Under the pieces are notes generated by a model. That model worked only from the letters and a program-made list of their open reading frames with translations. It was not told where the DNA came from and did no database searches. Source: the human T2T-CHM13v2.0 reference genome, Homo sapiens. From it: DNA of 64,000 nucleotides. The stretch is taken from NCBI RefSeq assembly GCF_009914755.1, contig NC_060927.1; one strand, given 5' to 3'. Within the stretch, counting starts at the first letter, position 1. Each line of letters begins with the position of its first letter. The position numbers and the translations under genes were made by a program. Of this stretch, positions 1-15,379 are shown piece after piece.

Positions 1-229
1 ATTCAGGTCCAATATGCCTAGTATTGGACCAAAAATAGTGATTTCTAATCACTGTGTGATAGTCAGGAGTTCCACCGGCTATTGCCAGGGTATTATAAAT
101 CTTTCCACAAACTCCAAACCTATATTCCACATTAGATAATAAGTAACTTATGTGACTATGCACTTTTGAGAGAGACTGAGAGTGGGATTATGAAGTCAAA
201 CAATTGATCAGAAGATAACTTCTATAAAG

Positions 230-928
230 GCTGTTGCTGTGTTTTGGCTCAGCCCCACTGCTCCAGAAGGTACACGCCATAAGCTTTGGCAATGCCCGTG
301 TGGTATTTAGTCTGTAAGCATGAAGAATGCAAGAGCTGTGAGGCATGACTGCCTCCATTTAGGTTTCAAAGTGTAATGCCTGGTGGAGCTGTGGAAGTGT
401 AGTGACCCCCAAGATTACAGAACTATAGGATACCAGTGTGAAACTCCAGCTTGGGACAGCTAAAGCATGGACTGAGCCCAGCAAAGTCACAGGGACAGGG
501 CTGTCAGAGGCCTTGGGAGCCCAACTCCCACCTCAGTGTGCCCCGGATGCAGGACATGGAGCCAAAGGAGACTATTCTCTAAATTTAAGACTTAATGTTG
601 CTTTCCCTGAAGGGTTTTGGACTTGCTTGGGACCAGTTACCCCTTCTTTCCTGCTTCTCTCTTTTGGAATGGAAATGTCTATTCTATGCCTATCTCACCA
701 TTGTGTCGGATCTCACCATTGTATCGTGGAAGTAGATTACTTGTTTTCATTTCACAGGCTCACAGCTGGAGAGTATTAGCCTCAAGATAAATTGTAGGTT
801 GAGTGTCTGATTTAGATGAGACTTTTGAGTTGATGCCAGAATGAGTTAAGACTTTGAGGGCTATCAAGATGGAATGAATGTATTTTGCACATAAGAATAA
901 GATGAATTTTGGGGCAACAGGGATGAAG
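230..928 (+). mobile_element. ERVL-MaLR internal fragment (MST/MLT-int like)
   Basis: MaLR-internal phrases (ccccggatgcaggacatggagccaaaggagactatt; gagttaagactttgagggct) abutting the LTR. Confidence 0.6.
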
Positions 929-1280
929 TGCTGTGGTTTAAGTGTCCCTGCCAAAACTCATGTTGAAATTTAATTGCCACTGTGACAGTGTTGAGAGGTG
1001 GGACCTTTAGGAGGTGATTGGGTCGGGGCTCCACCCTATGAATGAATTAAGGCCATTATTATGGGAATAGGTTAGTTATCATGGGACTTTGGCTGTCTGT
1101 TTCCCTTTCTTTTGCCCTTCCACCTTCTGCTCTTCAGTCATGGGATGACCCTCAGCAGATACCAGCACCATGCTCTTGGATTTCCCAGCTTCCAGAACCA
1201 TGAGCCAAACAAACTTCTTTGGTTTATAAATTACCTAATCTGTGATATTCTGTTATAGCAGCAGAAAATGAAATAAGACA
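929..1280 (+). mobile_element. MaLR LTR (MST/MLT1A-like)
   Basis: Starts TGCTGTGGTTT..aaaactcatgttgaaatt and ends tgttatagcagcagaaaatgaaataagACA. Confidence 0.75.
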
Positions 1281-2258
1281 GATGTCAAAATGCTATTCTG
1301 ACTAATTTTCCATTGCTGGCACTTCCTAAAAAGAACAGAGTTATCTCAACTATCATGATATAAAATGTTTAAATCATCAATTTATAATTTTTGTTATGAC
1401 TTAACTGTTACCATTGGGAGGGTAAGATAGCATTGTGGTTAAAGAACACTGACAGAACTGAATTTGCCATTTATTAGCTATGGAAGATGAGCAAGTTTCA
1501 TAACTTTCCTGAGCCTGATTTCTCTCTATAAAATAGGAACAATTATACTTGCTTTAGAAAACAGTAGTACCTCTAATTAATTAAGATGAAAATGTAAGGA
1601 ATTCAGAAAATTACCTGGTACATACTAAGAGTTTAATAAATGATAGTTGAGGAAACATTCCCATTTTATAGATGAAGAAAATAGCCCTCAGAGGAATCAT
1701 TTCACATAATTATTAATGTAACGAACCAGAAATGAAACCCCAATTTCAGTTAAGCTCAGACCTACGTAATCGCAAAGCTCATGGCCTTTCCACTTCACTG
1801 TATTCTTTCCTGATTCCCAGATTTTCTCTTTCTCTCTCTCCCCACTACCTTTGCCTAATTGCAATAATTTTCACTCAAATTATTTTTCTTATTTTTTCCA
1901 AAGCAAATATCTCAAATAAACAAATCCTTTGCCTATTCACAATTAATACTAAAAAAAGATGCTTCTTGAGGGAAGAGGAAGTCCATTTTATTAAAAATAT
2001 AACTTTTTCTAAAAACTGTAACATGTTTTCTTTTCTGTTATATAATCTCTTAATTGTGATCTATCACAAATGGCATTTTCTATCCTACTGATGGCCACTT
2101 GAAGCCTGTAATTGATTCAAAAGTATGTTGCACATAGGAAATGGACAGTTATCTATTTTGCTCAATGTAACACCCAAGTCCACACTAAAGCACAAATGCT
2201 ATGACACCTATGACAGTGTCCTTCACCAGAAAATGTTTTTTAGAAAGAGTAGATATGG

Positions 2259-2363
2259 CTTGAACCTGGGAGGCGAAGGCTGCAGTTAGCCAAGATTGTG
2301 TCACTGCACTCCAGCCTGGGCAGCAGAGCAACAGCCCGTCTCAAAAAAATTAAAACCAAAAAA
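2259..2363 (+). mobile_element. 5'-truncated Alu (right-arm end)
   Basis: gcttgaacctgggagg...cactccagcctggg...gtctc plus A-tail; flanked by gtagatatg repeats. Confidence 0.85.
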
Positions 2364-4537
2364 ATGGTAGATATGTACTAAATTCTATTATCTCATTTTC
2401 TCTATCCCTTAAAATTTTTCTGGTCACAGATTTCTTATATATCTATGGCGACAAAGAAAGAAAAGTAAATGTAATCCCAAATCTCACGCTCTAGATTTTG
2501 TGCCTGTGACATATGGAACCTAAACTGACATTAGGAATTTAAACTTTTACCATCTTCTTTATTAAATGTTACTTGTTAAGACAATGAGTTGCCTTGGGCC
2601 ACGTGCAGAAGAAATTTGGTAGACAATGCCCTTGTCTTTCGGGAACTTCATTTACACTTTTGGAAGGCACATTTGTGTTACTAATTTCCTCGTTTTAATA
2701 GCAACTCCCAATTGTAGTTTTAAGAGATAAGGGTTTCTCTATGTAGTATATTATAAACTGCCCCAAACATAGAAACTTGATTTAAAGTTTCTTTAAGTAA
2801 GAAACAACATTTTCTGTGTATCACTTTTAAGAGAAGTTAAGGATGTTATGAGGTAAAATAATGAGTTAATAATCATTGACCCACAACCAAAGAGAAAAAT
2901 TAAACATAATTTTGAATAAAAGAACACGATACCAGAGTATTAATCCTAACATTTATTTTTAACATTAAGGAGTAATTATCCCAGCTTACTTTATTTAGGA
3001 AATATATTAAAATGTTAACAATGGCTGTTCTAGGTAGTAGAACCAAGGGCAAATTTATTTTTATCCTTAATTTGTTTTTCTTCATATTTTTCTGAATATT
3101 TTACATGTTCTATAATGAGTATGTACTTTTTTAAAATGTTAAAATAAAGGATGCTGAAATAAATGTCATGCATCACATAAAACAAATATTATTTTATTAT
3201 ATATTTATCTATTATATAAAATATAAATATAATATTTATTTTGTATATTTATTATATTACAATAATATGTACAAGTTTTGCCTTTTCCTTCAAAGTCAAA
3301 ATAAGAATTTTTAAATGTCATGTCCAATTTTAAGTTTAACATCCATGACTTTGATATAATTTAAGTTCTGAAAAAATGATGTAAATTAAAGCTCAATCAA
3401 ATAATATTTGTTCTCATATCAAACAGCAAATCATTGTTTTGATTCAAAGCTTCAATTTTACTTTTACTAAATTGACTTGTCTGTTAAATCAAAGGTCAAT
3501 TTAATTTGTTTATGTAGACACAACTTCTATTTTATTTTAAAATATTTCAACTTTTAAATTAAGTGTAAATTAGAATTGGTTGGACAGAATAATACTTTGA
3601 GTTTTACTGTTTTTTCCAAATGTTCTATTCTAAAATATTTGCAAAGAGCATGATATTTTATAAAACTACAAAGATTTTTAAAGTAAAATATTTCTAGAAT
3701 AAAATTTGTATTTAAGCAGACATAAGAAGAAAATGTTGACTCTGAGTGCTTTCGCTTTCCCTCGGGTTTACCTAGAAAGTTTTCTAGCTTCAAGGATGTC
3801 TGAAGATTGCTCACTAAGCAGTCAAGGAAGGAGAACCACTAGTCTGACATCAATTTTCCATTATAACGGTACAGCTTTGTTACAAGAAAAATGCACAGGG
3901 CAGATGACTTGCACCGAGTATCTACAATTCTCATTGCAATGATTTCTAAAAATTGAAATTAAAAACAAAACCTATGTTTATGGAGTATTTATTTAGCACC
4001 CGGGAACTGTTAAATCATTCACATATATTATCTCAATTGAATTCACAAAACAACTTGTGAAAAACAATCTGGGTACCCAGTTCTCCTCCCTTTCCTTTTT
4101 TCTCCCCATGCAAATCAGACCTCAGTCTGAGGGTTCTCCCATCTCTTCTAGCTCCCTTCCCCAATTCTTGCCTAATCCCATTTTGGGGTCTTCTGTGCAA
4201 ACCTGAGCTAACATATATAGAACAATTTTTTTTTCTGAGAGAATATAAATTTTCTGAAGGTTCAAACATCTTTTTGAGAAATGCTTTCAAGTATGGCAAA
4301 GACATAGCATACTATACAACGGAATGATAAGTGTTTTCTACATTTTCATGCTACTAAAGTCATATATTAAGCAAAGTAGAGAATTGTAAAAATGTGCCCC
4401 TAATGTGTCTCTTGGTTAACTGGCTTTATAAAATAATCCTCAATGACTTCTTAGGCTGTATAGGTAGTAATTTTTAATACTATAAATATGACTAATATCA
4501 TTACTATTACTAGTGTTTATTTTTTAAATAAACACTA

Positions 4538-5187
<650 letters not shown>

Positions 5188-8100
5188 CTACCACTAGCAA
5201 AGTCTGTGAGACCTTCGACAAGTTATTAACATTTTTCTCCTTCAGTTTTCTTATCTGTAAAATGAAAATAACATTATTTAACTTGGGGTTATTGAAAACT
5301 CAGTAAGTGAGGCGACTTATGTCGGTCTTACAAGTAATGTTTGTTTTTATTTTATATTCTTTTTTGGCCCTGTATGCACTGAGACAGATCTATAAATATT
5401 CAAAAATGAATTTTGATTTAAAGATAATTTAATTGCGGAGACAATGTTTATCAAGCTGTTGTTGGAGGAATGTATATAAACTCTATATAACATACATTAG
5501 GCATGATATATACTTACCCACATATGCAGACCTATTAGAACCACAGCACTCATCTGTGACTAATAAATTTATTTTAGCCTCTGGGCAACAAACTTTATAA
5601 ATTATATTTCAGAACTATTTTTGTAAAAAGCATTATGAACGCATTTTATCTATATCCAGTGCTATAAGAGAAAACACATTTAGAAAGATAAGATCATTCA
5701 TCCCTATACCTGTGGCTCTTTTCCCTTAGAAGTTTCTCTTAGTAAAGTTTTTCATCTGAGTTGATTAATGTAGATGTGTATATACATACAACTATATCAA
5801 AAATTATATATAAAGAGAAGGAGGGGGACTTAGGGATCTACTTAGCCACCGGTTTTGCTCTGAAGATAGGAGAAAATGCTAGCTTTAGACAAGAAGTTCT
5901 CTCTTCAAAGGTCAAGAGCTTTTCTTAATTTTGATAGCTCTGGCAACTTGTTCAGAAAAATCCACAAGTCTAGATCTGCAAATGCTTGAAATGCTCCATC
6001 GGACAGACCAAAAATTCAGAATACTACAAACACTCACGTCTCTGCAGAAAAAGATAATCTATATTACTCTTTCCTCTTGCCTATAATTTTAGTGCCTGCA
6101 ACCCTGCCCTCTGGGATGATCAACTGATTTGGGCGAGATGGGTAAAGGAGGACAAAGAAAGGGGAGGGAGGGAGGAAACAGCATCATCATTGTCGCTGAT
6201 TTCCCATTTATTTTAGTAAAAAAATTTGTCCTCTGAGGTTTTTGTATCTAAGATGACAAGCCAGGTAAAAACCTAAGAGATTGGGTAGACTTCTCAGGAA
6301 GTGTTATAGTAGCAGGTGAAACCCTGGAGAAAAACCCATACCTGTGAGGGCATTTGAACCTGTGGGGGTGGGGAAGTGGGAATGACCTGTGTCTACTACT
6401 CCCTTCCTCTCTCTCCATCCTTGGGTAACCTGGCCAACGGCAGCTGCCGGAAATGAATGACTTCAGCCACTGAACCATCCTTAGGCGAATGAATGGCTTC
6501 CATCTTAACTCTAATTTTCCTTTAGCCAATTCTGTTTTTGTGCCTCCTGAGTTCTCGTTAAGGTCAAAACAACATTAGTGGTTTTTAAGGTGTTAAGTTG
6601 GTTGTCTTTTTCTCACATTTTACAAGCAAAACACAGAAAATGAGAAACAACAAGAAATCCCTCATGGTCTTAAAAACAATCTATTTGAAAATTTCAGCAT
6701 GCAGATCCAGTTAAATTTAAATTCAGTTAAATTTAACGTGCCAAATTTCAAATGGAAATTTGGTTCTCTGCATTTTAAAATGTGTAACAACTGCTTACGA
6801 TATTCTATTTGAAACATATCACAATGTACATGATAGAATTAAAGGGTCATTTATATAAATTGTTATAGACTACAACACAAACATTGTTTTCAGAGGAATT
6901 CTTAAAATCATCTAATCCAATCCACTCATTTTTAAAATGAGAAAACTAAGAGAAATGGAGAGTCTATTCAGAAGCAAAATCACATTGTGGTTTTAAAAAA
7001 AAATTCAGCTGGCACACATGGGTACAAGTATAAAGGTTGTTAAAATATATTGATATATTTCTGCTTCAGTTGGTAAATTGCCACTGCCCTGTGTCCTCTG
7101 AGTGCCCCACTCTATCATGGTCTTCTGTCACCTTCCCTAGTAGCTTTTGGACACTTCAATATAGCAACTAAGGAGTTAACACCTTGCAAACAAGAGACCC
7201 TTGGGAGCCAGGCTTCTCCACTGAAAGCCAGGTCCTTTCAGATTGGTTGATTGCATAAACATGCAGACAGATAAATAGTTTTTGGTATCTCCCCTGCATG
7301 CAGTCAATGGCAGAAATTTAAATAATCAACGGTGGTGGAAACTTGACAGTTGACCCAGCATCCATTCTCATGCTTTCATTTTTCTCAAAATAATTCAGGA
7401 CTCTTATGCCTAGGCAGTCATCTATCTGGTCTTTCTCATGCAGCTCTTGTGTTTTTGTAAAAGTTGAACCCACTCTTAGCCTCCTGGCAAAGCCTTGATA
7501 GACTTCACTATAAGGTGGGCATGTGACCAACCAACCAGGCTGTTTGGAATGCCAAGACAGCATTGCTCTCTCTTTCTCTGTGCCCTATTGAAGCCACCCT
7601 ATGAAACAAGAGAGCCAGACTTAGAATAAAGTTTACATGGTTGACTGTAAAAAGAAAAGACAAAGTCAAAACTAAGCAAAATGAAACAAAACAAAACATA
7701 AAAATGGAGTCCTTGTTGGCATGACTGAGCTTCTAGATTAACCAGCCTACACCTGAGCCTTCCAAGTAACTGAACCTGTACACTTCTTTTGTTATTTAAG
7801 CCTGTTTGAGTTGAATTTTCTTTTACCTGAAATCCTAAAGGACTTACCTTATAAACTAGTTCCCCACCAAAGCTTTGCCAAGATTCTCTAATACAATCCT
7901 TTAGTTATATGATAAGGTAAAATTTCCCTAAATATGTTCTGAAAAGTACTAATTCCAAGAGAAATTAATAATTATGGTCCTGAAGAGGAACAGCTCAATA
8001 AACAGAGTTAGACAGACAGACCTGGATTATTTAACAAAGATTTGTGGTATACGCAAAACATAATTTTTATTTATTATTCCCATTCTAACCTTTTAAAATT

Positions 8101-8277
8101 TATTCATTAGGGCACTCTTCTTCTGCCCTTGCCTGAAGAATTTGGCAGGTCCATTGACTTTTCTTCTTACTCTTTGGGAAGAGCTTTGAAGCATAAAACA
8201 CAGTGTCAATTTCGTTCTTTCCTTCCTCTCACTATTCACCTACTCACCAGCTGCTCAAAGAAAGGTGGAGTGGGGGT

Positions 8278-8435
8278 AAGGTTACCAGATTTAGTCAATA
8301 GAAATACAAGATGCCTAGTTAAATTTGAATTTAAATGAATAGTAAATGATTTTTTAGTATAAGTATGTCCCAAAGATTATTTGTCCATCTGAAATTCAAA
8401 TCTAACTGAGCCTTATATTCTTTCTGATAACCTTA
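8278..8435. mobile_element. MER53-like palindromic DNA-transposon relic
   Basis: ggttaccagatttag..aaatacaagatgcctagttaaatttgaatt ... tctgaaattcaaatctaactg..tgataacct, an imperfect internal palindrome. Confidence 0.65.
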
Positions 8436-10081
8436 GGTGAGGCAGAGAGGAAAGGTAGGGGGATTTGGTTTGTTGAGCAACTTCCTGTTCTTTGGGCATG
8501 GCAGATAGCGAAGGTTATGCAGTTGAGCCAATTTTATGGGTTCTTTGAACATCCCATCATAGGAGACATCTCCAACATCAACTCTCAAGACTTAAGTGAT
8601 ACTCCTCATTCCCCAGGATGCCCACCCCTCTTTAGCCTCTGGTCCACCAGCAGAGGGACTATACACCAGTTACTACCCCCCATCACCAACCCTTGGTTCA
8701 CAGGCAACAATGAAGCATCTTTGCCCCCATGCAAAGTGGATTCCTGGCCTGATCATCTTTGCCCCCATGCAACATTGCCAAAGCATCTTTGTCCCCACGC
8801 AACAGCGAATTCCTGGCCTGACCATCAAAGTCCTAATGAACCAACTTTTGTATTTAGACTTTTCAGGAGAGAATCAACTTGTCTAGAGTGCTCTGGCATA
8901 CTGCAAACACACTTAAGCTCTTTAAGAGTAGTCCCACGGAAGCCCCTCCCAGCTTGCTGGGCTTGGTGTAGGAGACAGTAACTTTCCCAAGTGGAAAAAG
9001 CTGAGGCCCCATAGCACAGCTACTAGTCACTTTTAAGGAAAGCTCACAAAAACCCTCTCTTTATTCTCTGACGGGATCCAAGAGTTTGGAATCCATTCCC
9101 AGATATTATGCTTGTACCATCTGCATATAGTGACTTAGCAACAACTTACTTGAGATTTTTGCATTTATTTTATCTTTATGCCTTGTTGAAATTTCAATTT
9201 TAACATTCTGTTATATAGCTTTCTTTTCTGGGAAAATTCTCACAACTTTTAATATAGCATGACTAAAGCAAACCTGAAGGAGAGCTGAACTGCCTTCCTA
9301 GACTGGCTGTCTCATGCATGACCTCTACTCCTATTTGCCGAAAATATCCTCCCTATAACAAAATAATGGCAGGAATTTTAGGGGACTGGATTATTGTAAG
9401 ATTCCTGGTGAAACCACAGTCCTCAAACCATACCTTGAAAAAATTCCTGCAGGAGTTAAAAACATTTCCCTTTATTGTATTCTTCTAATCTCCCATCTCA
9501 TTCTACAAAACTCCTCCACAGAGGCCTTTGCTCCTCAGGCTTCTTATCTAAGTAGTGCCACGTGTCAAGTCCAAGGTCCCTGAATAGAAAGATTAGACTG
9601 GGTAAAACAGGAGTATGGCTTTCATGGGATCTGGGACCTATAATAACCTCTAACTATGAAGTTTAGGTGAGAGGCTTCCTCATCCGGCTACAAAGACCTC
9701 AGTTTCTTAGGTGTGAAAGGAGGAAGTTGAACTACGTAGTTTCAAATGACCCCTCCAACCTGAAAAACAGATGACTTTGATTCTAAATTCTTCAGGGAGT
9801 AGGACATGGATGCTGCAACAGTCTTATACCTTAGGTTAATTCTAAGAATTAAAAGAACCTTCACTGAAAGGAGAGTGACACTGACGAAGGTAGAAAGTTT
9901 TCGTGGTAGCTTCCTAAGGAAAATGTGGCAGAATTAAATGATCCTACTTGGAAATAGAGAAGTAAGATTTGTAACTACAACAGACCAAGCCATTCCCAGG
10001 CAGTGGATCTCACTGGGCAAGCAGAGACCTTGGCGTCTCTCACTGTACCTGGGCCACTTTCCATAGTCCATGCTCTGCCAG

Positions 10082-10526
10082 TGTTACTGAAACACCAAGG
10101 GTTTGGTCTAGGTCCTGCTGCTCACAGCACAGAAAGTCAATCACTGAGATAATGGTTATTGCCAAGGAAGAAGATTTTAATCAAGTGCTATAGCCTAGGA
10201 GATGGGAGGTCAGTCTCATATTCATCTCCCTGACTGACTAAAATTAGGACTTTATATAGCAGGAAAGAAGTGTAACTATGTACGGAAAAACAGGAACCTG
10301 GGAGGGATAAGGGTGCAATCATGATGAATGAGGGGCCCTGAGTCTCAGTGTCTGGATGCTATGATCTGGTGAGTTTCAGTTCTTTCATACTTTTTGAGAG
10401 GGCTAGGGGTCCTATCCTCAGAAAGAAACACAGATAAAACAAATGTAAGTTTCAAGCTTTAAGAAGAGAAGGGACAATTTCTGTTTATCCAAAATAACTG
10501 TCTATGAAACTATTGGGTGAGTTTCA
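10082..10526 (-). mobile_element. ERV1-class solo LTR (LTR26/MER4-group-like)
   Basis: TG...CA termini, ~445 bp, near-4-bp flanking repeat ccag/ccaa; sequence resembles recalled ERV1 LTR consensus. Confidence 0.65.
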
Positions 10527-10582
10527 CCAAGTTTGAGTCCAAAGCCTATCTCAAGTCAGGTAATCCATTAATGGAAATGGAA

Positions 10583-10610
10583 TCTCTCTCTCTCTCGCTC
10601 TCTCTCTCTC
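10583..10610. repeat. (CT)n microsatellite
   Basis: tctctctctctctcgctctctctctctc. Confidence 0.9.
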
Positions 10611-13232
10611 TAATTGTACAAAACTCTTAGATTACACTAAAAGTGCCTCATATTCTTTCGTGGTATTAGGTGATGTATCAGGATCCCAGGAGGAAACAGA
10701 CAGCTTGCCAAAATTAATCAAAGGGTGCTTTCCAAAGGGGATCACAAGGCATAGTGCGGTAGCCTGGGGTTTGTAACAACAAAACTTTTATCTATGTCCA
10801 AAAAGAAGAAGAAAGAGCTGTTCTAAGCCCCTGAAAGAAGACAGTGTGCTGCCCTCTCCACATTTCTCTAGAGAAGGCTTCCAACTTGAAGCGGCCCCAC
10901 AGGGAAAGTGCCAAAATAAGTACCCGTGAAGCCAGTAAAAGACATTTTGAAGTCATCCCAGTTCTTGCTAGTTGAAGTACTTTCCAAAGCAATTCTCTTA
11001 ATGCTTACAGTTCGTTGTAAGTGTATCCTCACTGAGGAGAAGCCAGAGGCAGAAAATTCTTCCGGCAATGCACATGCAAAACAACACTGACTTTCTGATG
11101 TGGGTTAGGTGTGAGTACAATCTTAATCTAAAATGACTCCTTAAATATGCTCCTCTACCTGAGATTAAGGTACTGGGGAAAAAAACGTTCTGAAAGTTTG
11201 CTACTTGTTATTCTTTCTAATGAAATACAGGAAAAACTTATTTTTCTTTGGATACACTCAGTGTGAATAAAATTAACTCATGGACCAAATTCCTAGATTT
11301 AAACTGGAAGGAAGTAAGCTCTAGAGCCCTATCTTAAATTCCCAGCATTGTTTCAGAAGGCCACTGGAGTCAAACTTTCATAGCCTTAGCATAGAGTTGT
11401 TTCATCTGAGGACCTTCTCGTGTGTCCTGCGCTGTCCAGTATATTTCTTCATTTAAAAACTTCAGTTAGATCTTTTCTCTTAATTGCATTTTTACCCAAA
11501 AGAATAAGCCAAATTCCTGCAAGGTTTAGGAAATATATGTATATGGCAAAGTACTGGACTAGCGAATATATGGCAAAGTACTTCCTCACTTCACACCCAT
11601 ACTCACAACAGATGTGGCTAATCAACTGCTTCCAGTTCCTGGAAATTGTAAAATATGGTAGTGAGTTTCTCTGTCAACAAATTCTCTGTTGGCCAAAGGA
11701 AGTAGCTTCTGTGTCCTTCCTCTTTTAGTCCCTTCAGGCCTTTCAAAGTGCTATTAATATATACTATAAAAGCTTTGTTAGGATCTATGTAATAAATCAT
11801 TACCTCATAGAAATAGATCATTCCCTGTAATTAACCTTTTACCAGCATTACTAATCAATTATGCTTCTCTTTCTTATCTGCTCCTGTTAATCTTGTAACA
11901 TTCCATATGTTAAGTAGAAATCATAACTAATTAACATTTATCCTTTAGGTAGGCCAGGCTACTTACTAAAAATACTCTGCAAAACAGTTTGTCTTCTTAT
12001 GGTTTACTGTTTACAACCTGAGCCAGAATCCTTCCACTTCCAAGTAAGACTGGGGTTCAACTGGGGTGGGGAGCACATCAAATGAGGGGGTACATCATTC
12101 CCTCCTTGTCTAATGCTTTAAGACTAATCAAATCAAATTCTGTAACACTAAAGTTGGAAAAGAACTCTCTTGATGCTTAAGATAAGTAATTTTTAAGACA
12201 ATGTAAATACACTTTAACGAAAGGAAAGAAAAAAGGGAAAAAAGACAATGTAATACACTTAGAACAAAAGACTTGTCATACACGATACATAACACAAAAG
12301 ATTAGCTTCAGGAGAATGTAGATAATTGCATGATGGTAGATTTTTATCTTTCACTCATTTGTTCAACAAACATCAACCATTACCAAGCCAAACACTTGCC
12401 AGATACTGTTTTAGGCATTGTATATAGGCTCATCCTAGACTTTAAAAATTGTCTGGAGAGTAACCACCAGGTCGCCATACATAATATCCCTGGATTGGTC
12501 TAAAACAGGTAGGATTTGGGTGGATGAATTGTAAATCTGATCCAGTTTGGCATTTCTTATGATCTAATAACAATTCATTGTGTATATTGATTTAAGAAAA
12601 TATAGAAACATAATACTACCTAATGCAAACTCTTTGATCTGAGTGATAAAGAATTTGTATAAATAGACAAAAATAAACACCCAGACTGAAGTCCTACCTG
12701 TTCACTTGATTAAAACTGTATCTCTTTAAAAGATGGATACTTTGGCCAAATAGTTGGCTTTTTCTGTTCTATGTTCTGAGCTACACCAGTTTCTCCAACA
12801 TCAAAGCTTCCTTTTCCACCACCTTAATTCGCCATCCTGCTGTCCAAAGCTCATAACTTCAGAGCTTCACTTTGTCCCCAGACTTATACACTGAATTCCA
12901 GTGAACCAGAAAGAATGCTCATGGAATACAATTAGTGACTAAACAATTCCAAAACGCTATTGGTTTGCTTTCTTTCTAGACGATGTACTTAGAAGAACAA
13001 TAATAAAATTTCAAAGGGACCAAAATCTTTCTTTCTACTCCTCTCACATGAATCACCACCTCCTTTGTAAACAAGTGATTATTTACAAAGCTTGTTAAAA
13101 AAGTAGTTTAGGCTTGCATTTCATTTAGAATTGCTCTATTGCTCCATATTTTGTTTTCCCCTATGATTTAAGAATAGTTTTATTGTACATATCTTTACAA
13201 ATATTTAAATCAAAGAGAATTACTGTAGTTTA

Positions 13233-13619
<387 letters not shown>

Positions 13620-14014
13620 TTATCTCAGGTGAAAAAAGGAAATTGACAGCGCTACGTAAGCAAAAAGATCTCAGATTGTACTTGTTGACCAGGAGGTAAC
13701 TGGTAATTAGGAAAGTAAACATTTCTGCCCTCATCTACTATGCAAAACTACATTGTCTTTTCATAAAATTTTGCAGAATCTTACCTTAAAGGGGAAGATC
13801 ACAGGTTACTACATCACTGCTTTTTTATTCAAACTAAAAATCATACTTCAGTGTTTTTAAAAAGTTAAATGAAATCCAGAACGCCAAATAAAAGGCCAAT
13901 AGAGAAAAAGAGAAGGAAGCCAGATGCATGCCTGTATTTCTGGAAGGAGAGTTTCTCAAAGGCTTTTTTTTGAAACCTCCTTAGCTAGAGCTAAGGTTTG
14001 AGGTTAGCTGAGCA

Positions 14015-14163
14015 TCGCGTGCCATTCTTGAAGGGTCCTAGGCACTGACTCATTTGCTTTATCATTTCTCATGAAAGCAAGAGGTGGCAGCCATCACCAG
14101 AGAGCAAAGGGGTGACTTGGTGACTGATCTCATTACTGAACTAAGGAGAGCACTCTCACGCAA
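14015..14163. promoter_or_regulatory. Candidate enhancer motif cluster (XRE, AP-1, GATA, STAT6-type, XRE)
   Basis: TCGCGTG 14015-14021; TGACTCA 14046-14052; TTATCA 14059-14064; TTCTCATGAA 14066-14075; CACGCAA 14157-14163. Lies in unique sequence. Confidence 0.45.
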
Positions 14164-15379
14164 AGTTCAGAACCTCCCCACACCCAGAGAAACTCTGCCA
14201 GTTCATAGAAAAGAAGTTATTTCCACCCAAGAAGACAAGTGGCAACTGGAAACAGATGTGAAGAAAACAAGAATAAACACCTTTTTCAGAAATATAACAA
14301 CTGTAACAAATAATCAGTTTTTCCAGTTCCCACCTGTACACCATGCTCTCAACTATATACTGCAAGTTAAAACAGAATTGATCATGGTTCTGTATTTTTA
14401 AATTCTCTCGCTTTCTAAATACATCACTTCACTTTTAACAGTCCAAAGAGCTCTTTATAATTTACTTCCTCTAAGGTAAATTTAGGTGCAATTTTAATAG
14501 ACTGGTAGGGGCAAATGCCTCATTCCCACCCAAAGGGTTGAGGAATGAGTGATGGACACGGTGAGCTAGGAGAAGTAGAAAGTGATCAGTGCCCTGTGGG
14601 AAATAATGGGAATGTCACAGGTTTCTTCTTTTCTGGGTCACTGGGGCATGCCTTTTGATTGAGCATAACACAGATTAATGTCATTGCCTGTGGATTTTGG
14701 AAGGAAATTGCAACAACTTTGGTTGATCACTTACTGGAGTAGAGACGGGGAGAGACAGATACTTTTCTACTTTACATGCATTTCTATTTCAATCCTTTAA
14801 GCAACCAGGAGAGTAAATATTTTTATTCCAATTTTAGGATGAGAAAGTGGACACATGGAGTTAATAGAAAAGGAGAGTAAAAATGATGGAATACAGGCAG
14901 ACTGGCCCCATTGTCAAACCGTAGTCTGAATGTTTCAAAAGCACATCTGCCTTTTTTGTGACCAATAACCAGCATTTTTGTATAACTACAATTAGTGAAG
15001 CATGTCCTCATATATTATCTCAATTTATCCTCATTAAAGCACAGATAGAATGTGCTATTCTTAAGCTTGTTACTCAGGTGAGAAAAACGAGTTTCAGGGA
15101 ATTCTCAAGATCACTCATCCAGGAAGTGATAGAGCCACCACCAGAACCCAAATCTTGTGCCTTCAAATCAAATCCTCTCCTCTTTCAGTTTTGCCTCTCA
15201 CCTCTCATCTCCACTCCCATCCTCTTATGATTCATGGGAAGGTTGTGAGCTGCCGTAGACTCTCACACCCACTTGCAAGCTGAACTGGAGCTTTAGCCTG
15301 TCAGCTACACAGCTTCCTTGTAGCACTTGAATTTTTCATCAGTTATTTGCACCTTAATATGACAAAGGATATGAGATGA

